From: an uncultured Flavobacteriaceae bacterium
GTDB taxonomy: Bacteria; Bacteroidota; Bacteroidia; Flavobacteriales; Flavobacteriaceae
DNA: 64,000 bases
Direction: 5' to 3'
Assembly (NCBI GenBank): GCA_964586115.1
Contig: CAZPHF010000001.1
Location: forward strand, 9,766 to 73,765
The translations under genes were made by a program, and so were the position numbers. Shown here in pieces: positions 9,982 to 19,576 of the stretch (position 1 is its first letter; every line of letters begins with the position of its first letter). Below the pieces are notes generated by a model. The model worked only from the letters and a program-made list of their open reading frames with translations. It ran no database searches and had not been told where the DNA came from.

Positions 9982-10494
9982 TTGGAAGAAAAAGTAATTT
10001 TAGTAAATGAAAAAGATGATCAACTGGGCTTGATGGGCAAAATGGAAGCCCATCAAAAAGCTGTGCTCCACCGTGCTTTTTCGGTATTTATATTTAATGA
10101 AAAAGGAGAGTTGCTATTGCAACAGAGAGCACTTGACAAATACCATTCACCAGGTTTATGGACCAATACCTGCTGCAGTCATCAAAGGGATGGAGAAACT
10201 AATATTGAAGCAGGAAAAAGAAGGTTGCATGAAGAAATGGGTTTTAGCTGTGGTTTGGAAGAGATGTTTTGGTTCGTTTACAAAGCACCATTTGATAATG
10301 GTTTAACCGAACATGAACTTGATCATGTGATGAAAGGATATTATGATCAAGATCCAAAAATAAATAAGGAAGAAGCAGCTTCTTTTAAGTGGATGTTGCT
10401 CGAAGAGGTGAAGAAGGATATCGAGAAGTATCCTGAATTATATACCGAATGGTTTAAAATTATTTTTAAAGAATACGATCAAAGATTAATATAA
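9982..10494 (+). CDS. idi: Isopentenyl-diphosphate delta-isomerase (type I)
   Basis: LHRAFSVFIFN, WTNTCCSH, EHELDHV; TTG start. Confidence 0.95.
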   Translation: MEEKVILVNEKDDQLGLMGKMEAHQKAVLHRAFSVFIFNEKGELLLQQRALDKYHSPGLWTNTCCSHQRDGETNIEAGKRRLHEEMGFSCGLEEMFWFVYKAPFDNGLTEHELDHVMKGYYDQDPKINKEEAASFKWMLLEEVKKDIEKYPELYTEWFKIIFKEYDQRLI

Positions 10495-10495
10495 T

Positions 10496-10906
10496 ATGAA
10501 AGTTACCGTTAGCAGAAAGGCGCATTTCAATGCGGCCCACCGATTGTACAATATTGAATGGACAGACGCAAGAAATACCACTGTATTTGGTAAATGCGCA
10601 AACCCGAATTACCATGGGCACAACTATGAACTGATTGTTGCAGTAAAAGGGGAAATACATCCTGAAACAGGCTTTGTGATGGATATGAAAGTGCTAAAAG
10701 ATTTGATCAGAACCGAGATTGAAGATGAATTTGACCACAAGAATCTCAACAAAGAAGTGATTGAATTTAAAACACTTAATCCTACGGCAGAAAACATTTC
10801 TGTAGTGATCTGGAATAAATTGCGTGCTAAAATAGAGGAAGATTTGGAATTGACTATCACGCTTTATGAAACGCCAAGAAATTTTGTAAGCTATAATGGA
10901 GAATGA
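10496..10906 (+). CDS. queD: 6-carboxytetrahydropterin synthase (PTPS family)
   Basis: FNAAHRL, CANPNYHGHNY, FDHKNLN, PTAENI, LYETPRN. Confidence 0.88.
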   Translation: MKVTVSRKAHFNAAHRLYNIEWTDARNTTVFGKCANPNYHGHNYELIVAVKGEIHPETGFVMDMKVLKDLIRTEIEDEFDHKNLNKEVIEFKTLNPTAENISVVIWNKLRAKIEEDLELTITLYETPRNFVSYNGE

Positions 10907-11448
10907 TGATTAAAAAAGCAGCTTTTTTTGTTCTAATCTTAGTTCTGATATTGATTTTGTTCTCAGTATTCAAATCAAGTGCTCAAACTCCTTTAAAAGT
11001 TGGAGACAAAATACCTTCTTTTGAATTACAGGATCAATCTGGTAATAATTTTGAGATAGATCAGTATACAGGAAATACAGCTATGGTGATTTATTTTTAT
11101 CCTAAAGATGATACGCCTGGTTGCACCAAAGAAGCCTGTAGTTTTAGAGATGCTTATGAAGCCTTTACCGATAAAAACATCAAAGTAATTGGCATTAGCT
11201 CTGACGATGTAGAGAGTCATAAGAATTTTGCGGCGAAGTATAATTTACCCTTTACACTGCTGGCTGACACAAAAAGTGAAGTGAGAGGTTTATTTGGAGT
11301 CAAAGACAATGCCTTTGGTTTGATTCCTGGCCGTGTAACCTACGTGATAGATAAAAAGGGTGAGATTATCTTTATGTATGACAGCCAATTAAAAGCTGCA
11401 AAGCATATCGAAGAGTCTCTTAAAGCCATTGATGGCAGTATGGACTGA
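10903..11448 (+). CDS. Peroxiredoxin (BCP/PrxQ family)
   Basis: FYPKDDTPGCTKEACSFRD; PGRVTYVID. Confidence 0.92.
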   Translation: MMIKKAAFFVLILVLILILFSVFKSSAQTPLKVGDKIPSFELQDQSGNNFEIDQYTGNTAMVIYFYPKDDTPGCTKEACSFRDAYEAFTDKNIKVIGISSDDVESHKNFAAKYNLPFTLLADTKSEVRGLFGVKDNAFGLIPGRVTYVIDKKGEIIFMYDSQLKAAKHIEESLKAIDGSMD

Positions 11449-11455
11449 AACAATA

Positions 11456-12463
11456 CTAAAGATTTTTCAGGTAGTAACTTTCTAATTCAGTTAAATATTT
11501 CTCCTTCAGCGCATCGCCTATCAAGGCATATTCAAAAGAATTTTTTGCCAGTACATAAATGTCCTCTTTAGAAAGGTCCAATGCCTTTTGAATTTCTATG
11601 TAATTTTGATTCACCTGACCTCCAAAATAAGCTGGATCGTCAGAGTTCACCGTTACTTTCATTCCAAGTTCCATCATTTTTTTTAAGGGATGATCTTTTA
11701 GATCAGGAACAACCTGAAGTGCACTATTTGAAAGAGGGCAAACCGTGAGGGCAATATCTCTTTTGACTATTTCCTGCACAAGTGTCTCGTCCTGCATTGA
11801 GTTATTACCGTGGTCTATTCTTTCAATTTTTAATATGTCAAGGGCCTCCCAGACATAATCTGCGTTGCCTTCTTCTCCGGCATGTGCCAAAGGTATATAG
11901 CCTGCCTGTACAGAGGCTTTAAAAACATTCTTAAACTTAGAAGGAGGATTTCCTTTTTCAGATGAATCAAGCCCTACAGCCGTGATATATTCTTTAAATG
12001 GGAGTGATAGTTCAAGTATTTTAAACGCATCTTCTTCTGATAAATGTCTCAGGTAGCTCATGATCAATAATGAGGAGATCCCTAATTTTTCTTTGGCGTC
12101 GGCACAAGCCCTATGGATACCTTTGACTACAGTACCAAATGCTATACCTCTTTCTGTATGGGTTTGAGGGTCGAACATGATCTCTGTATGCCTTACATTT
12201 TGCGCTGCACATTTTTTCAAATAGCTATAGGTAAGGTCATAGAAATCCTGTTCATGTATCAAAACACTTGCTCCTTGGTAGTATATATCCAAAAAGTCTT
12301 GCAGACAATCAAATTGATAGGCTTCTTCGATTTCCTCAACAGAGTCAAATGGTATCTTGATTCCATTTCTCTTGGCAATGTCAAACATGAGTTTTGGCTC
12401 AAAAGTTCCTTCGATATGCAGGTGTAGCTCTGCTTTAGGTATTCCCTGAATAAATTTTTCCAT
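11456..12463 (-). CDS. add: Adenosine/adenine deaminase
   Basis: LHLHIEG, AHAGEE, IDHG, NSDDPAYF. Confidence 0.9.
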   Translation of the reverse strand: MEKFIQGIPKAELHLHIEGTFEPKLMFDIAKRNGIKIPFDSVEEIEEAYQFDCLQDFLDIYYQGASVLIHEQDFYDLTYSYLKKCAAQNVRHTEIMFDPQTHTERGIAFGTVVKGIHRACADAKEKLGISSLLIMSYLRHLSEEDAFKILELSLPFKEYITAVGLDSSEKGNPPSKFKNVFKASVQAGYIPLAHAGEEGNADYVWEALDILKIERIDHGNNSMQDETLVQEIVKRDIALTVCPLSNSALQVVPDLKDHPLKKMMELGMKVTVNSDDPAYFGGQVNQNYIEIQKALDLSKEDIYVLAKNSFEYALIGDALKEKYLTELESYYLKNL

Positions 12464-12689
12464 AGCGCAAAAATAGTAATTTATCCTGATGCGATGCTGT
12501 TTTTTATGAGGTAGATCCGTTCATTTTTAAGCAATTATTAAGTTCAGAATGCTGTCATGAATTCCTGCGGATTAAATATTCATCGTTAATTCCAAAATTA
12601 GTGCTTGAATAAAACGTAAATGACCAAACTTTCATTTGAAATAATTATCTTTGCTTGCTGTAAAAGAACCCTTTTAAAATAAAAAAAAT

Positions 12690-13883
12690 ATGCCTGGATT
12701 TGAGTTATTTGGCGACGCCGAAAGAAAGGAATTGAATGATGTACTCGAGAATGGAGTATTAATGCGCTATGGTTTTGATGGCATGAGAAACGGACACTGG
12801 AAGGCCAAGGAACTTGAGAGAGAGTTGGAAAGTCGGTTTGGTGTAAAACATGCCCAACTTACCAGTAGCGGTACCACCGCGCTGAATGTGGCTTTGGCCG
12901 TGATGGGCGTTGGAGCAGGAGACGAAGTAATTATGCCTTGCTTTACCTTTGTAGCTAGTTTTGAATCAATTTTGGCTTCAGGAGCAACACCTGTATTGGT
13001 GGAGATAGATGATACCTTAACGCTAGATCCTGTAGCAGTTGAAGCGGCGATTACCCCTAATACCAAAGTGATTATGCCCGTGCATATGTGTGGGTCAATG
13101 GCCGAATTAGATGCCTTAAAAGCGATATGTGAAAAGCATGATTTGCTTTTACTGGAAGATGCTTGTCAAGCGTTTGGGGGTACTTATAAAGGTAAAATGT
13201 TGGGAAGTATCGGAGATGCAGGTACCTTCTCTTTTGATTTTGTGAAGACCATTACTTGTGGAGAAGGAGGAGTAATGTTGACCAATAATAGTGACTACGC
13301 CTTATGGGCAGATCAATATTCAGATCATGGTCATGACCATATAGGGAGTGACAGGGGAGCTGAAACCCATCAATATTTAGGCTATAATTTCAGAATATCT
13401 GAACTGCATGCCGCCGTTGGTTTAGGTCAAATCAGTAAAATGGATGATTTTATAAGCATTCAAAGAAGAAATCACGGTATCTTAAAAGAAGCTTTAAGTG
13501 AAATTCCAGAGGTAAGTTTTAGAAGAATTCCAGATCCCGAAGGAGACAGTTGTGGGTTTCTAAATTTCTTTATGCCAACTGCCGAACTATCCAATAAAGT
13601 TGTTGATGCCTTTGCCGAATTTGGTATTGATGCCTATTGGAATTATTTTAATAATAATTGGCATTATATCAGAAAATGGGATCATTTTAAGGAAATGAAA
13701 AGTTTATTTCCTCTTTCTGATCATATTAAAAAGGGAATGGAAAGACTTAAAGACCAGTCATTTCCGCAGTCAGATGACCTGATCTCAAGAAATATTTCTT
13801 GCCTGATCAAATTGTCCTGGACTGAAGAAGAAGTTAAAGACAGAGCCAAAAGAATGGCTGCAGCCATAAAATCAATACTCTAG
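12690..13883 (+). CDS. kdnA: 8-amino-Kdo transaminase (DegT/DnrJ family PLP enzyme)
   Basis: MPGFELFG N-terminus, EDACQA, SFDFVKTITCGEGG, DHGHDHIG, NNWHY closely match Shewanella KdnA as I recall it; context with kdsB and an Fe-ADH. Confidence 0.85.
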   Translation: MPGFELFGDAERKELNDVLENGVLMRYGFDGMRNGHWKAKELERELESRFGVKHAQLTSSGTTALNVALAVMGVGAGDEVIMPCFTFVASFESILASGATPVLVEIDDTLTLDPVAVEAAITPNTKVIMPVHMCGSMAELDALKAICEKHDLLLLEDACQAFGGTYKGKMLGSIGDAGTFSFDFVKTITCGEGGVMLTNNSDYALWADQYSDHGHDHIGSDRGAETHQYLGYNFRISELHAAVGLGQISKMDDFISIQRRNHGILKEALSEIPEVSFRRIPDPEGDSCGFLNFFMPTAELSNKVVDAFAEFGIDAYWNYFNNNWHYIRKWDHFKEMKSLFPLSDHIKKGMERLKDQSFPQSDDLISRNISCLIKLSWTEEEVKDRAKRMAAAIKSIL

Positions 13884-13889
13884 ATTCAC

Positions 13890-14621
13890 ATGAAGATCAT
13901 AGCAATGATACCTGCCCGCTACGGAGCCACAAGGTTTCCCGGTAAATTGATGGCAGATTTAGGAGGAAAGCCTGTAATTGTAAGAACTTATCTGGCAACA
14001 CTCGCTACTGGTCTGTTTGATGAAGTCTATGTTGTTACAGATAGTGATATTATTAAGGAAGTAGTGGAGAAGGCAGGTGGTAAAGCCATTATGAGTCAAA
14101 AGGAGCATGAATGTGGATCAGACAGGATTGCTGAAGCGGTTGAAAACCTTGAAGTTGATGTAGTCGTTAACGTTCAGGGAGATGAGCCTTTTGTGAAGAA
14201 GGAGCCTTTGGAAGCGGTTATTAAAGTGTTTGAAGGACCGGATGCAGCTAAAATTGATTTGGCTTCTTTGATGCAGGAAATTACCGATTGGAAAGATATT
14301 ACCGATCCAAATTATGTAAAAGTTATTGTTGATAAGGATGATTTTGCTCTATATTTTTCAAGGTCACCCATACCGTATCCTAGAGATAAGGAAGCTGGTG
14401 CCAGATATTTTGAACATATTGGAGTATATGCTTTTAGAAAACAGGCGATCATGGATTTTTATCATTTACCAATGAGAGCCCTGGAAGCGACAGAGAAAGT
14501 TGAATGCATTCGTTACCTGGAATACGGGAAAAGGATCAAAATGGTAGAAACCAGTTATATGGGTATTGAAATTGATACCCCGGAGGATCTTAAAAAAGCC
14601 GCCAAATTTATTAAAGATTAA
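13890..14621 (+). CDS. kdsB: 3-deoxy-manno-octulosonate cytidylyltransferase
   Basis: [43 protein letters not shown]. Confidence 0.95.
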   Translation: MKIIAMIPARYGATRFPGKLMADLGGKPVIVRTYLATLATGLFDEVYVVTDSDIIKEVVEKAGGKAIMSQKEHECGSDRIAEAVENLEVDVVVNVQGDEPFVKKEPLEAVIKVFEGPDAAKIDLASLMQEITDWKDITDPNYVKVIVDKDDFALYFSRSPIPYPRDKEAGARYFEHIGVYAFRKQAIMDFYHLPMRALEATEKVECIRYLEYGKRIKMVETSYMGIEIDTPEDLKKAAKFIKD

Positions 14622-14641
14622 CCCTAAAAAATAGTCAGATT

Positions 14642-15724
14642 ATGAGTTTTAGAAACTTTCCTATGGTGCCCAGAGTAGTCTTTGGAAGAGGCAGTTTTAA
14701 TCAGCTTGGTGAAATTTTAGAACCAAAACGACAAGGAGATAAGGCACCATTCATTTTTTTGGTGGATGATGTATTTAAGGGAAAGGTAAGTCTGATCTCT
14801 AGAATCCCTTTGAAGTATAATGACAAAATCATATATATCAGTGCTGATGAAGAGCCTAAAACGATCTATGTGGATGCCATCAGAGATGATATTAAAAAGG
14901 AGTTTAATGAAATTCCGTCAGGGGTTATCGGAATTGGCGGAGGAACCATGTTGGACTATGCTAAAGCAGTGGCTTTGATGCTTACTAACCCCGGCTCATC
15001 TGCTGATTACCAGGGGTGGGATCTTGTAGAACAACAAGGCGCTTATCATGTAGGTATTCCAACAATTTCGGGAACAGGAGCGGAGGTTTCAAGAACCACA
15101 GTTTTAACGGGTCCTGAAAGAAAACTAGGAATGAATTCTGACCATACCCCATTCGATCAGGTGGTGCTGGATCCTTCTTTACTAGAAGGAGTGCCCAAAA
15201 ATCAATGGTTTTATACAGGTATGGATTGCTATATTCATTGTATAGAATCACTCACAGGAACCTATCTAAATGCCTTTAGCCAAAGCTATGGTGAAAAATC
15301 TCTCGATCTTTGCCGCGAAGTTTATTTGGAAAAAGAAAGTATAGATGAAGATTCTCAGGATAAATTGATGATGGCTTCATGGCATGGAGGAATGAGTATT
15401 GCTTACTCACAAGTTGGGGTAGCACATGCTATGAGTTATGGTCTTTCCTATTTGTTGGGTACTAAACACGGTATAGGGAATTGTATTGTTTTTGACCAAT
15501 TGGAAGAGTTTTATCCTGAAGGAGTAAAGGAATTCAAGCAGATGGTCAAGAAGCATGGAATTGATATTCCAAAAGGACTGTGTAAAGACCTTTCGGATGA
15601 TCAATTCAATACTATGATTGATGTGGCATTAGGCCTGGTCCCTCTTTGGGAAAATGCCCTTGGTAAAGAATGGAAAAAAACAATCACACGAGAAAAATTA
15701 AGAGCAATGTATGAATTAATGTAG
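14642..15724 (+). CDS. kdnB: Kdo 8-oxidase (iron-containing alcohol dehydrogenase family)
   Basis: FGRGSF, GGGTMLDYAKA, YQGWDL, PTISGTGAE, GMDCYIHCIESL, HAMSYG, HGIGNC; matches recalled Shewanella KdnB. Confidence 0.83.
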   Translation: MSFRNFPMVPRVVFGRGSFNQLGEILEPKRQGDKAPFIFLVDDVFKGKVSLISRIPLKYNDKIIYISADEEPKTIYVDAIRDDIKKEFNEIPSGVIGIGGGTMLDYAKAVALMLTNPGSSADYQGWDLVEQQGAYHVGIPTISGTGAEVSRTTVLTGPERKLGMNSDHTPFDQVVLDPSLLEGVPKNQWFYTGMDCYIHCIESLTGTYLNAFSQSYGEKSLDLCREVYLEKESIDEDSQDKLMMASWHGGMSIAYSQVGVAHAMSYGLSYLLGTKHGIGNCIVFDQLEEFYPEGVKEFKQMVKKHGIDIPKGLCKDLSDDQFNTMIDVALGLVPLWENALGKEWKKTITREKLRAMYELM

Positions 15725-15780
15725 GCTGAAAGATGTGAATTTTGAACCAAATTGATTTATATTTAACAAAAAACAAAAAT

Positions 15781-16053
15781 ATGGCCAGTATTAGAAAGTT
15801 GAAAAAGGAAATGAACAATGTTTTATCAGAAATAATAGAAGATTGTTATGTTTGTCAAATGAATTCAGATGATAAAACCGCTGCAAAGGCTGAAAAAATA
15901 ATTGAGGAAGCCATTGGTACTTTTGACGAATTGATTGTGAAGTTGCATCAAAAGGATGTGACAGATCAAAAAACGCATTTAAGAGAGCTTAAGGTTTCAT
16001 TGAATGAGAAAACAACCGCATTGTCTGATAAAATAGCAAAATTAACTAGCTGA
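15781..16053 (+). CDS. Conserved small helical hypothetical protein
   Basis: ATG at 15781 (MASIRKLKK) preferred to the TTG at 15742; amphipathic helical pattern. Confidence 0.7.
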   Translation: MASIRKLKKEMNNVLSEIIEDCYVCQMNSDDKTAAKAEKIIEEAIGTFDELIVKLHQKDVTDQKTHLRELKVSLNEKTTALSDKIAKLTS

Positions 16054-16156
16054 TATTTAATTTGTTGTAAATTAAATTTCATTTTCTTAATTTTTTTTCT
16101 TAATTTGCAATAAGTGTTCCTAAGAATGCGTTGTTTATCTTAAAAAAACGATATTT

Positions 16157-16354
16157 ATGGCAAGAGCAATATTAGACTACACCAAAACCGTCCTAAAAAA
16201 AGTTAGTTTTAATGTAGAATTGTTTAGTAAGGAATTAAAAAAAGCTGTGAAAAGGTTATTACCTTTTGAAATTGAAGAATTGAGAATTTGGCTATTGCAA
16301 TTTACCGCAAACAGACCAGAGCTTTATCCAACTTTAGCGCTTATAAAAAGTTAG
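16157..16354 (+). CDS. Conserved small hypothetical protein (65 aa)
   Basis: YTKTVLKKVSF...FSKELKKA...LLPFEIEEL; a pattern I recall from small Bacteroidota proteins; fills an intergenic gap. Confidence 0.7.
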   Translation: MARAILDYTKTVLKKVSFNVELFSKELKKAVKRLLPFEIEELRIWLLQFTANRPELYPTLALIKS

Positions 16355-16357
16355 CGA

Positions 16358-17311
16358 TTATATTTCTACAGGTTTCTTGTTGAGAGGGCTGATAATTTTC
16401 ACATCGTGAAAACTAATGGCGCCTCTGATCACTCCGTCTATAGTAGTTTTTAAAGCCTCTATCAATTGCATTTTTAATTGCGATTTATGATAGATGATGC
16501 TTACTTCTCTGGCTGGAACAGTATTTGTGAATTCTTTTAGGTACTGCTTGTCCTGTTCAGGAAGCTCTAATGAATGCAGATAAGGGATCAAAGTCATACC
16601 CATACCTTCCTTGCTCAATTTGATTAAGGTGTTTATATTGCCACTTTCCAGATGGAACTGATTGTGATCCATGCTATTTTTGTTTTTACAAATGTTGATC
16701 ACACTATTTTTAAAACAATGTCCTTCTTCAAGTAACAAAATATCATCGATATCAAGATCATCTTCACTAATATTCGGTTGATTATAGAGCCTGTGTTCTG
16801 ATGAAACAAAACCTAAGAAAGGTTCGTAATAAATAGGCTTTTCTTTGATGGCTTCATTTTCAAGAGGAGTAGCAGCTATACCTACATCGAGATGCCCCTC
16901 TGTTAATTTTTTTATGATCTCTTCCGTGGTTAACTCTTCAATAATCAATTTTACTTTGGGGTATTTATTTAAGAAGTTTTTGAGGAAAATAGGCAAAAGT
17001 GTAGGCATAATGGTTGGTATGATACCAAGTCTGAATTCTCCGCCAATGAAGCCCTTTTGCTGGTCAACAATATCATTGATCCTTTCGCTTTCATCTACAA
17101 TAAGCTTAGCTTGTTGTATTATTTTTTGACCGATTGAAGTCAATGCAATAGGTTTCTTTTTTCTGTTAAAAATGGTCACATCCAATTCATCTTCAAGTTT
17201 CTGAATTTGCATGGATAGGGTAGGCTGTGTAACAAAACTATGTTCTGCTGCCAGGGTAAAGTTTTTGTATTCGGCTACAGCTAATACATATTTCAACTGT
17301 GTGATCGTCAT
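16358..17311 (-). CDS. oxyR: H2O2-sensing LysR regulator OxyR
   Basis: MTITQLKY HTH, VTQPTLSMQI, LLLEEGHCF...NIC redox Cys pair; divergent from dps. Start at ATG 17311. Confidence 0.9.
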   Translation of the reverse strand: MTITQLKYVLAVAEYKNFTLAAEHSFVTQPTLSMQIQKLEDELDVTIFNRKKKPIALTSIGQKIIQQAKLIVDESERINDIVDQQKGFIGGEFRLGIIPTIMPTLLPIFLKNFLNKYPKVKLIIEELTTEEIIKKLTEGHLDVGIAATPLENEAIKEKPIYYEPFLGFVSSEHRLYNQPNISEDDLDIDDILLLEEGHCFKNSVINICKNKNSMDHNQFHLESGNINTLIKLSKEGMGMTLIPYLHSLELPEQDKQYLKEFTNTVPAREVSIIYHKSQLKMQLIEALKTTIDGVIRGAISFHDVKIISPLNKKPVEI

Positions 17312-17345
17312 TAGTATAAATTTTTTTGATAAATATATATAAAGT

Positions 17346-17360
17346 ATCAATGAAATTGAT
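17346..17360. promoter_or_regulatory. LysR/OxyR-type binding box
   Basis: ATCAAT-GAA-ATTGAT inverted repeat (T-N11-A) between divergent oxyR and dps. Confidence 0.55.
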
Positions 17361-17415
17361 GCAAAAATTAGGTAAATATTAGCGAAATTTGTTTCAAATT
17401 ATAAATCAAATTATT

Positions 17416-17886
17416 ATGAGTACAACAGTTTTAGGATTAGACAGAGAAAAAGTACAGGATTTAACAACAAGCTTAAATGAATTATTAGCCAATTTTCAAG
17501 TATACTACCAGAATTTAAGAGGATTACATTGGAATATTAAAGGAAAATCATTTTTTGAGCTACACGTGAAATTTGAGGAACTCTACACGGATTCACAAGA
17601 GAAAATTGACATGATTGCCGAACGAATACTAACATTGGAAGGTACACCTTTACATACCTTTAAAGATTATACTGATTTAGCGAAGGTACCGGTTGGTAAA
17701 AACATCACGAATGATACTGAGTCAGTAAATCTGATCGTTACTTCCCTAACTAAATTGATTGAGATTGAAAGAGATTTATTGCTTCGATCAGCTGAGGCAG
17801 ATGATGAAGGGACCAATGCAATGATGAGTGATTTCGTTTCTGAACAAGAGAAGACGGTGTGGATGTTAAAAGCCTGGTTGTCTTAA
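17416..17886 (+). CDS. dps: DNA-protecting ferritin-like protein Dps
   Basis: LHWNIKG, FELHVKFEELY, DMIAERI, EQEKTVWML; ATG at 17416. Confidence 0.93.
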   Translation: MSTTVLGLDREKVQDLTTSLNELLANFQVYYQNLRGLHWNIKGKSFFELHVKFEELYTDSQEKIDMIAERILTLEGTPLHTFKDYTDLAKVPVGKNITNDTESVNLIVTSLTKLIEIERDLLLRSAEADDEGTNAMMSDFVSEQEKTVWMLKAWLS

Positions 17887-17893
17887 TTTATAT

Positions 17894-17928
17894 AAAAAAA
17901 CATCCGTCATTTGACGGATGTTTTTTTT
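17894..17928. terminator. Bidirectional intrinsic terminator
   Basis: A7-CATCCGTC-attt-GACGGATG-T8 between convergent dps and the acyltransferase. Confidence 0.9.
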
Positions 17929-18739
17929 AATACATATCCCAGAACTCTCGTTTTTTATTGAGTTCTTTTTCACTTTTGTGATAATCTTCCACTTTGGCTA
18001 CTTTAAGTAAAGATGGGTGCTGTTCTATAGCAAATTCTAGTTTCTCAACGATATCTTCAACAGAATCATTTTCATAATCTATGTCCATCGGCTTTTTGAT
18101 GACCATAGATTGTAAGATACCTCTCTTTTTTATCATCAGTCCTTTTTTATCAAAAGAGCGTCTGAACCCGTCAATGACGATTGGAATCACTATGGGTTTA
18201 TTTTGTCTGATAATATGCGCAGTTCCTCTTCTAATGGGTTTGAAAGGGGTAGTTGTACCTTGAGGAAAAGTAATCACCCAGCCATCTTTTAGAGCTGTGG
18301 TTATATTAGAAACATCTGATAGTTTCACTTTTTTGTTGATGTCTTTTCCTTTTTCTCTCCAGGTTCTTTCTATAGAAATAGATCCCCCATAGGCCATTAT
18401 TTTTGGTAAAATTCCGGCTCTCATGGTTTCTTTTGCGGCCACAAAATAGATATTCAGTTTAGGTTGCCATAAATAACCAACGTCTTTTATATTATCAACC
18501 CGACCACTCAGTGCCGCATTAAAAACATGCAACATAGCAGCTACATCCGCAAAATAAGTTTGATGATTTGCAACAAAAAGGACGTTATTATCGGGAAGAT
18601 CCCGGATAATTTCAGACCCTTCTATTTGTAATTCATTGAATCCACGATATCTTCTATGGGAGAATAATCCCAATACGCGTATCAATGTTTTTTTTAGTAA
18701 AAGACTATTTCCAAAAACATCTTTCTTAAATAATGCCAT
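17927..18739 (-). CDS. 1-acyl-sn-glycerol-3-phosphate (lysophospholipid) acyltransferase family
   Basis: NHQTYFAD (HX4D), FPQGTT, RRG motifs. Confidence 0.88.
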   Translation of the reverse strand: MALFKKDVFGNSLLLKKTLIRVLGLFSHRRYRGFNELQIEGSEIIRDLPDNNVLFVANHQTYFADVAAMLHVFNAALSGRVDNIKDVGYLWQPKLNIYFVAAKETMRAGILPKIMAYGGSISIERTWREKGKDINKKVKLSDVSNITTALKDGWVITFPQGTTTPFKPIRRGTAHIIRQNKPIVIPIVIDGFRRSFDKKGLMIKKRGILQSMVIKKPMDIDYENDSVEDIVEKLEFAIEQHPSLLKVAKVEDYHKSEKELNKKREFWDMY

Positions 18740-18771
18740 TCTTAACTATTTGCGCCACAAACTTAAAAAAA

Positions 18772-19410
18772 TTAATGTAGATTTTCTTTGATTAAGTCTT
18801 TAATTTCACTCAACATCATCGCAGTGGCTCCCCAAACGGTTTTGTTATTGAAGTTGTAACATGGAACTTCAATATTTTCCATATAACTTGTCGATAAATT
18901 CTTAGAACTTACTGACTCATCATTTAAAAGATCTGTCAGTTTAACTTCAATGATTTCCTCAACTTCGTGATTCGTACTAAATTCTGGTCTTTTATTCGTA
19001 AAACCAAAAAATGGACTTACAAGAAAATTACTGGGCGGGATAAAGGTATCTGTCATTTTTTTGGTGATCCTGATATTTTTCATGTTAACCCCAACTTCTT
19101 CGGAGGTTTCTCTAAGGGCCGTTATTTCCAAATTCTCATCCTGTTTTTCAAATTTTCCACCAGGAAAACTGATTTGAGAAGAATGGGTCCCATCATAATT
19201 CGCTCGGAGAATCAGTACAAAATTCGTCAAATTACTTTTATCTGGATAAAACAAGGCCAGTACAGCCGCCATTCTTGGGTTTGCTGTTTCGATATCATCC
19301 AGATGAATCAGTTTTCGTTCTTTAGGAACCATTTTAGCATGAGAAGAGAAACCACCTAAATGAGCATTCTCGATCCTTGAAATCAACGATAAAAAATAGT
19401 CAAAGTCCAT
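18772..19410 (-). CDS. Nudix CoA pyrophosphatase
   Basis: HSSQISFPGG, ALRETSEEVG, VWGATAMML. Confidence 0.9.
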   Translation of the reverse strand: MDFDYFLSLISRIENAHLGGFSSHAKMVPKERKLIHLDDIETANPRMAAVLALFYPDKSNLTNFVLILRANYDGTHSSQISFPGGKFEKQDENLEITALRETSEEVGVNMKNIRITKKMTDTFIPPSNFLVSPFFGFTNKRPEFSTNHEVEEIIEVKLTDLLNDESVSSKNLSTSYMENIEVPCYNFNNKTVWGATAMMLSEIKDLIKENLH

Positions 19411-19576
19411 TTAAAAGCATATTTTTACATATACGAATTTACAATTATTCTGATAATACAAGAAGTAATATGTTGCTATGGATTGTTTACTTGATTGTGA
19501 AGAAGAAAAATCATTTAGCATAGTCAAGAAGTAAGGAGTCAGGATGTTTTCGTCTGTTAAAACAAAAGAATAAAAT

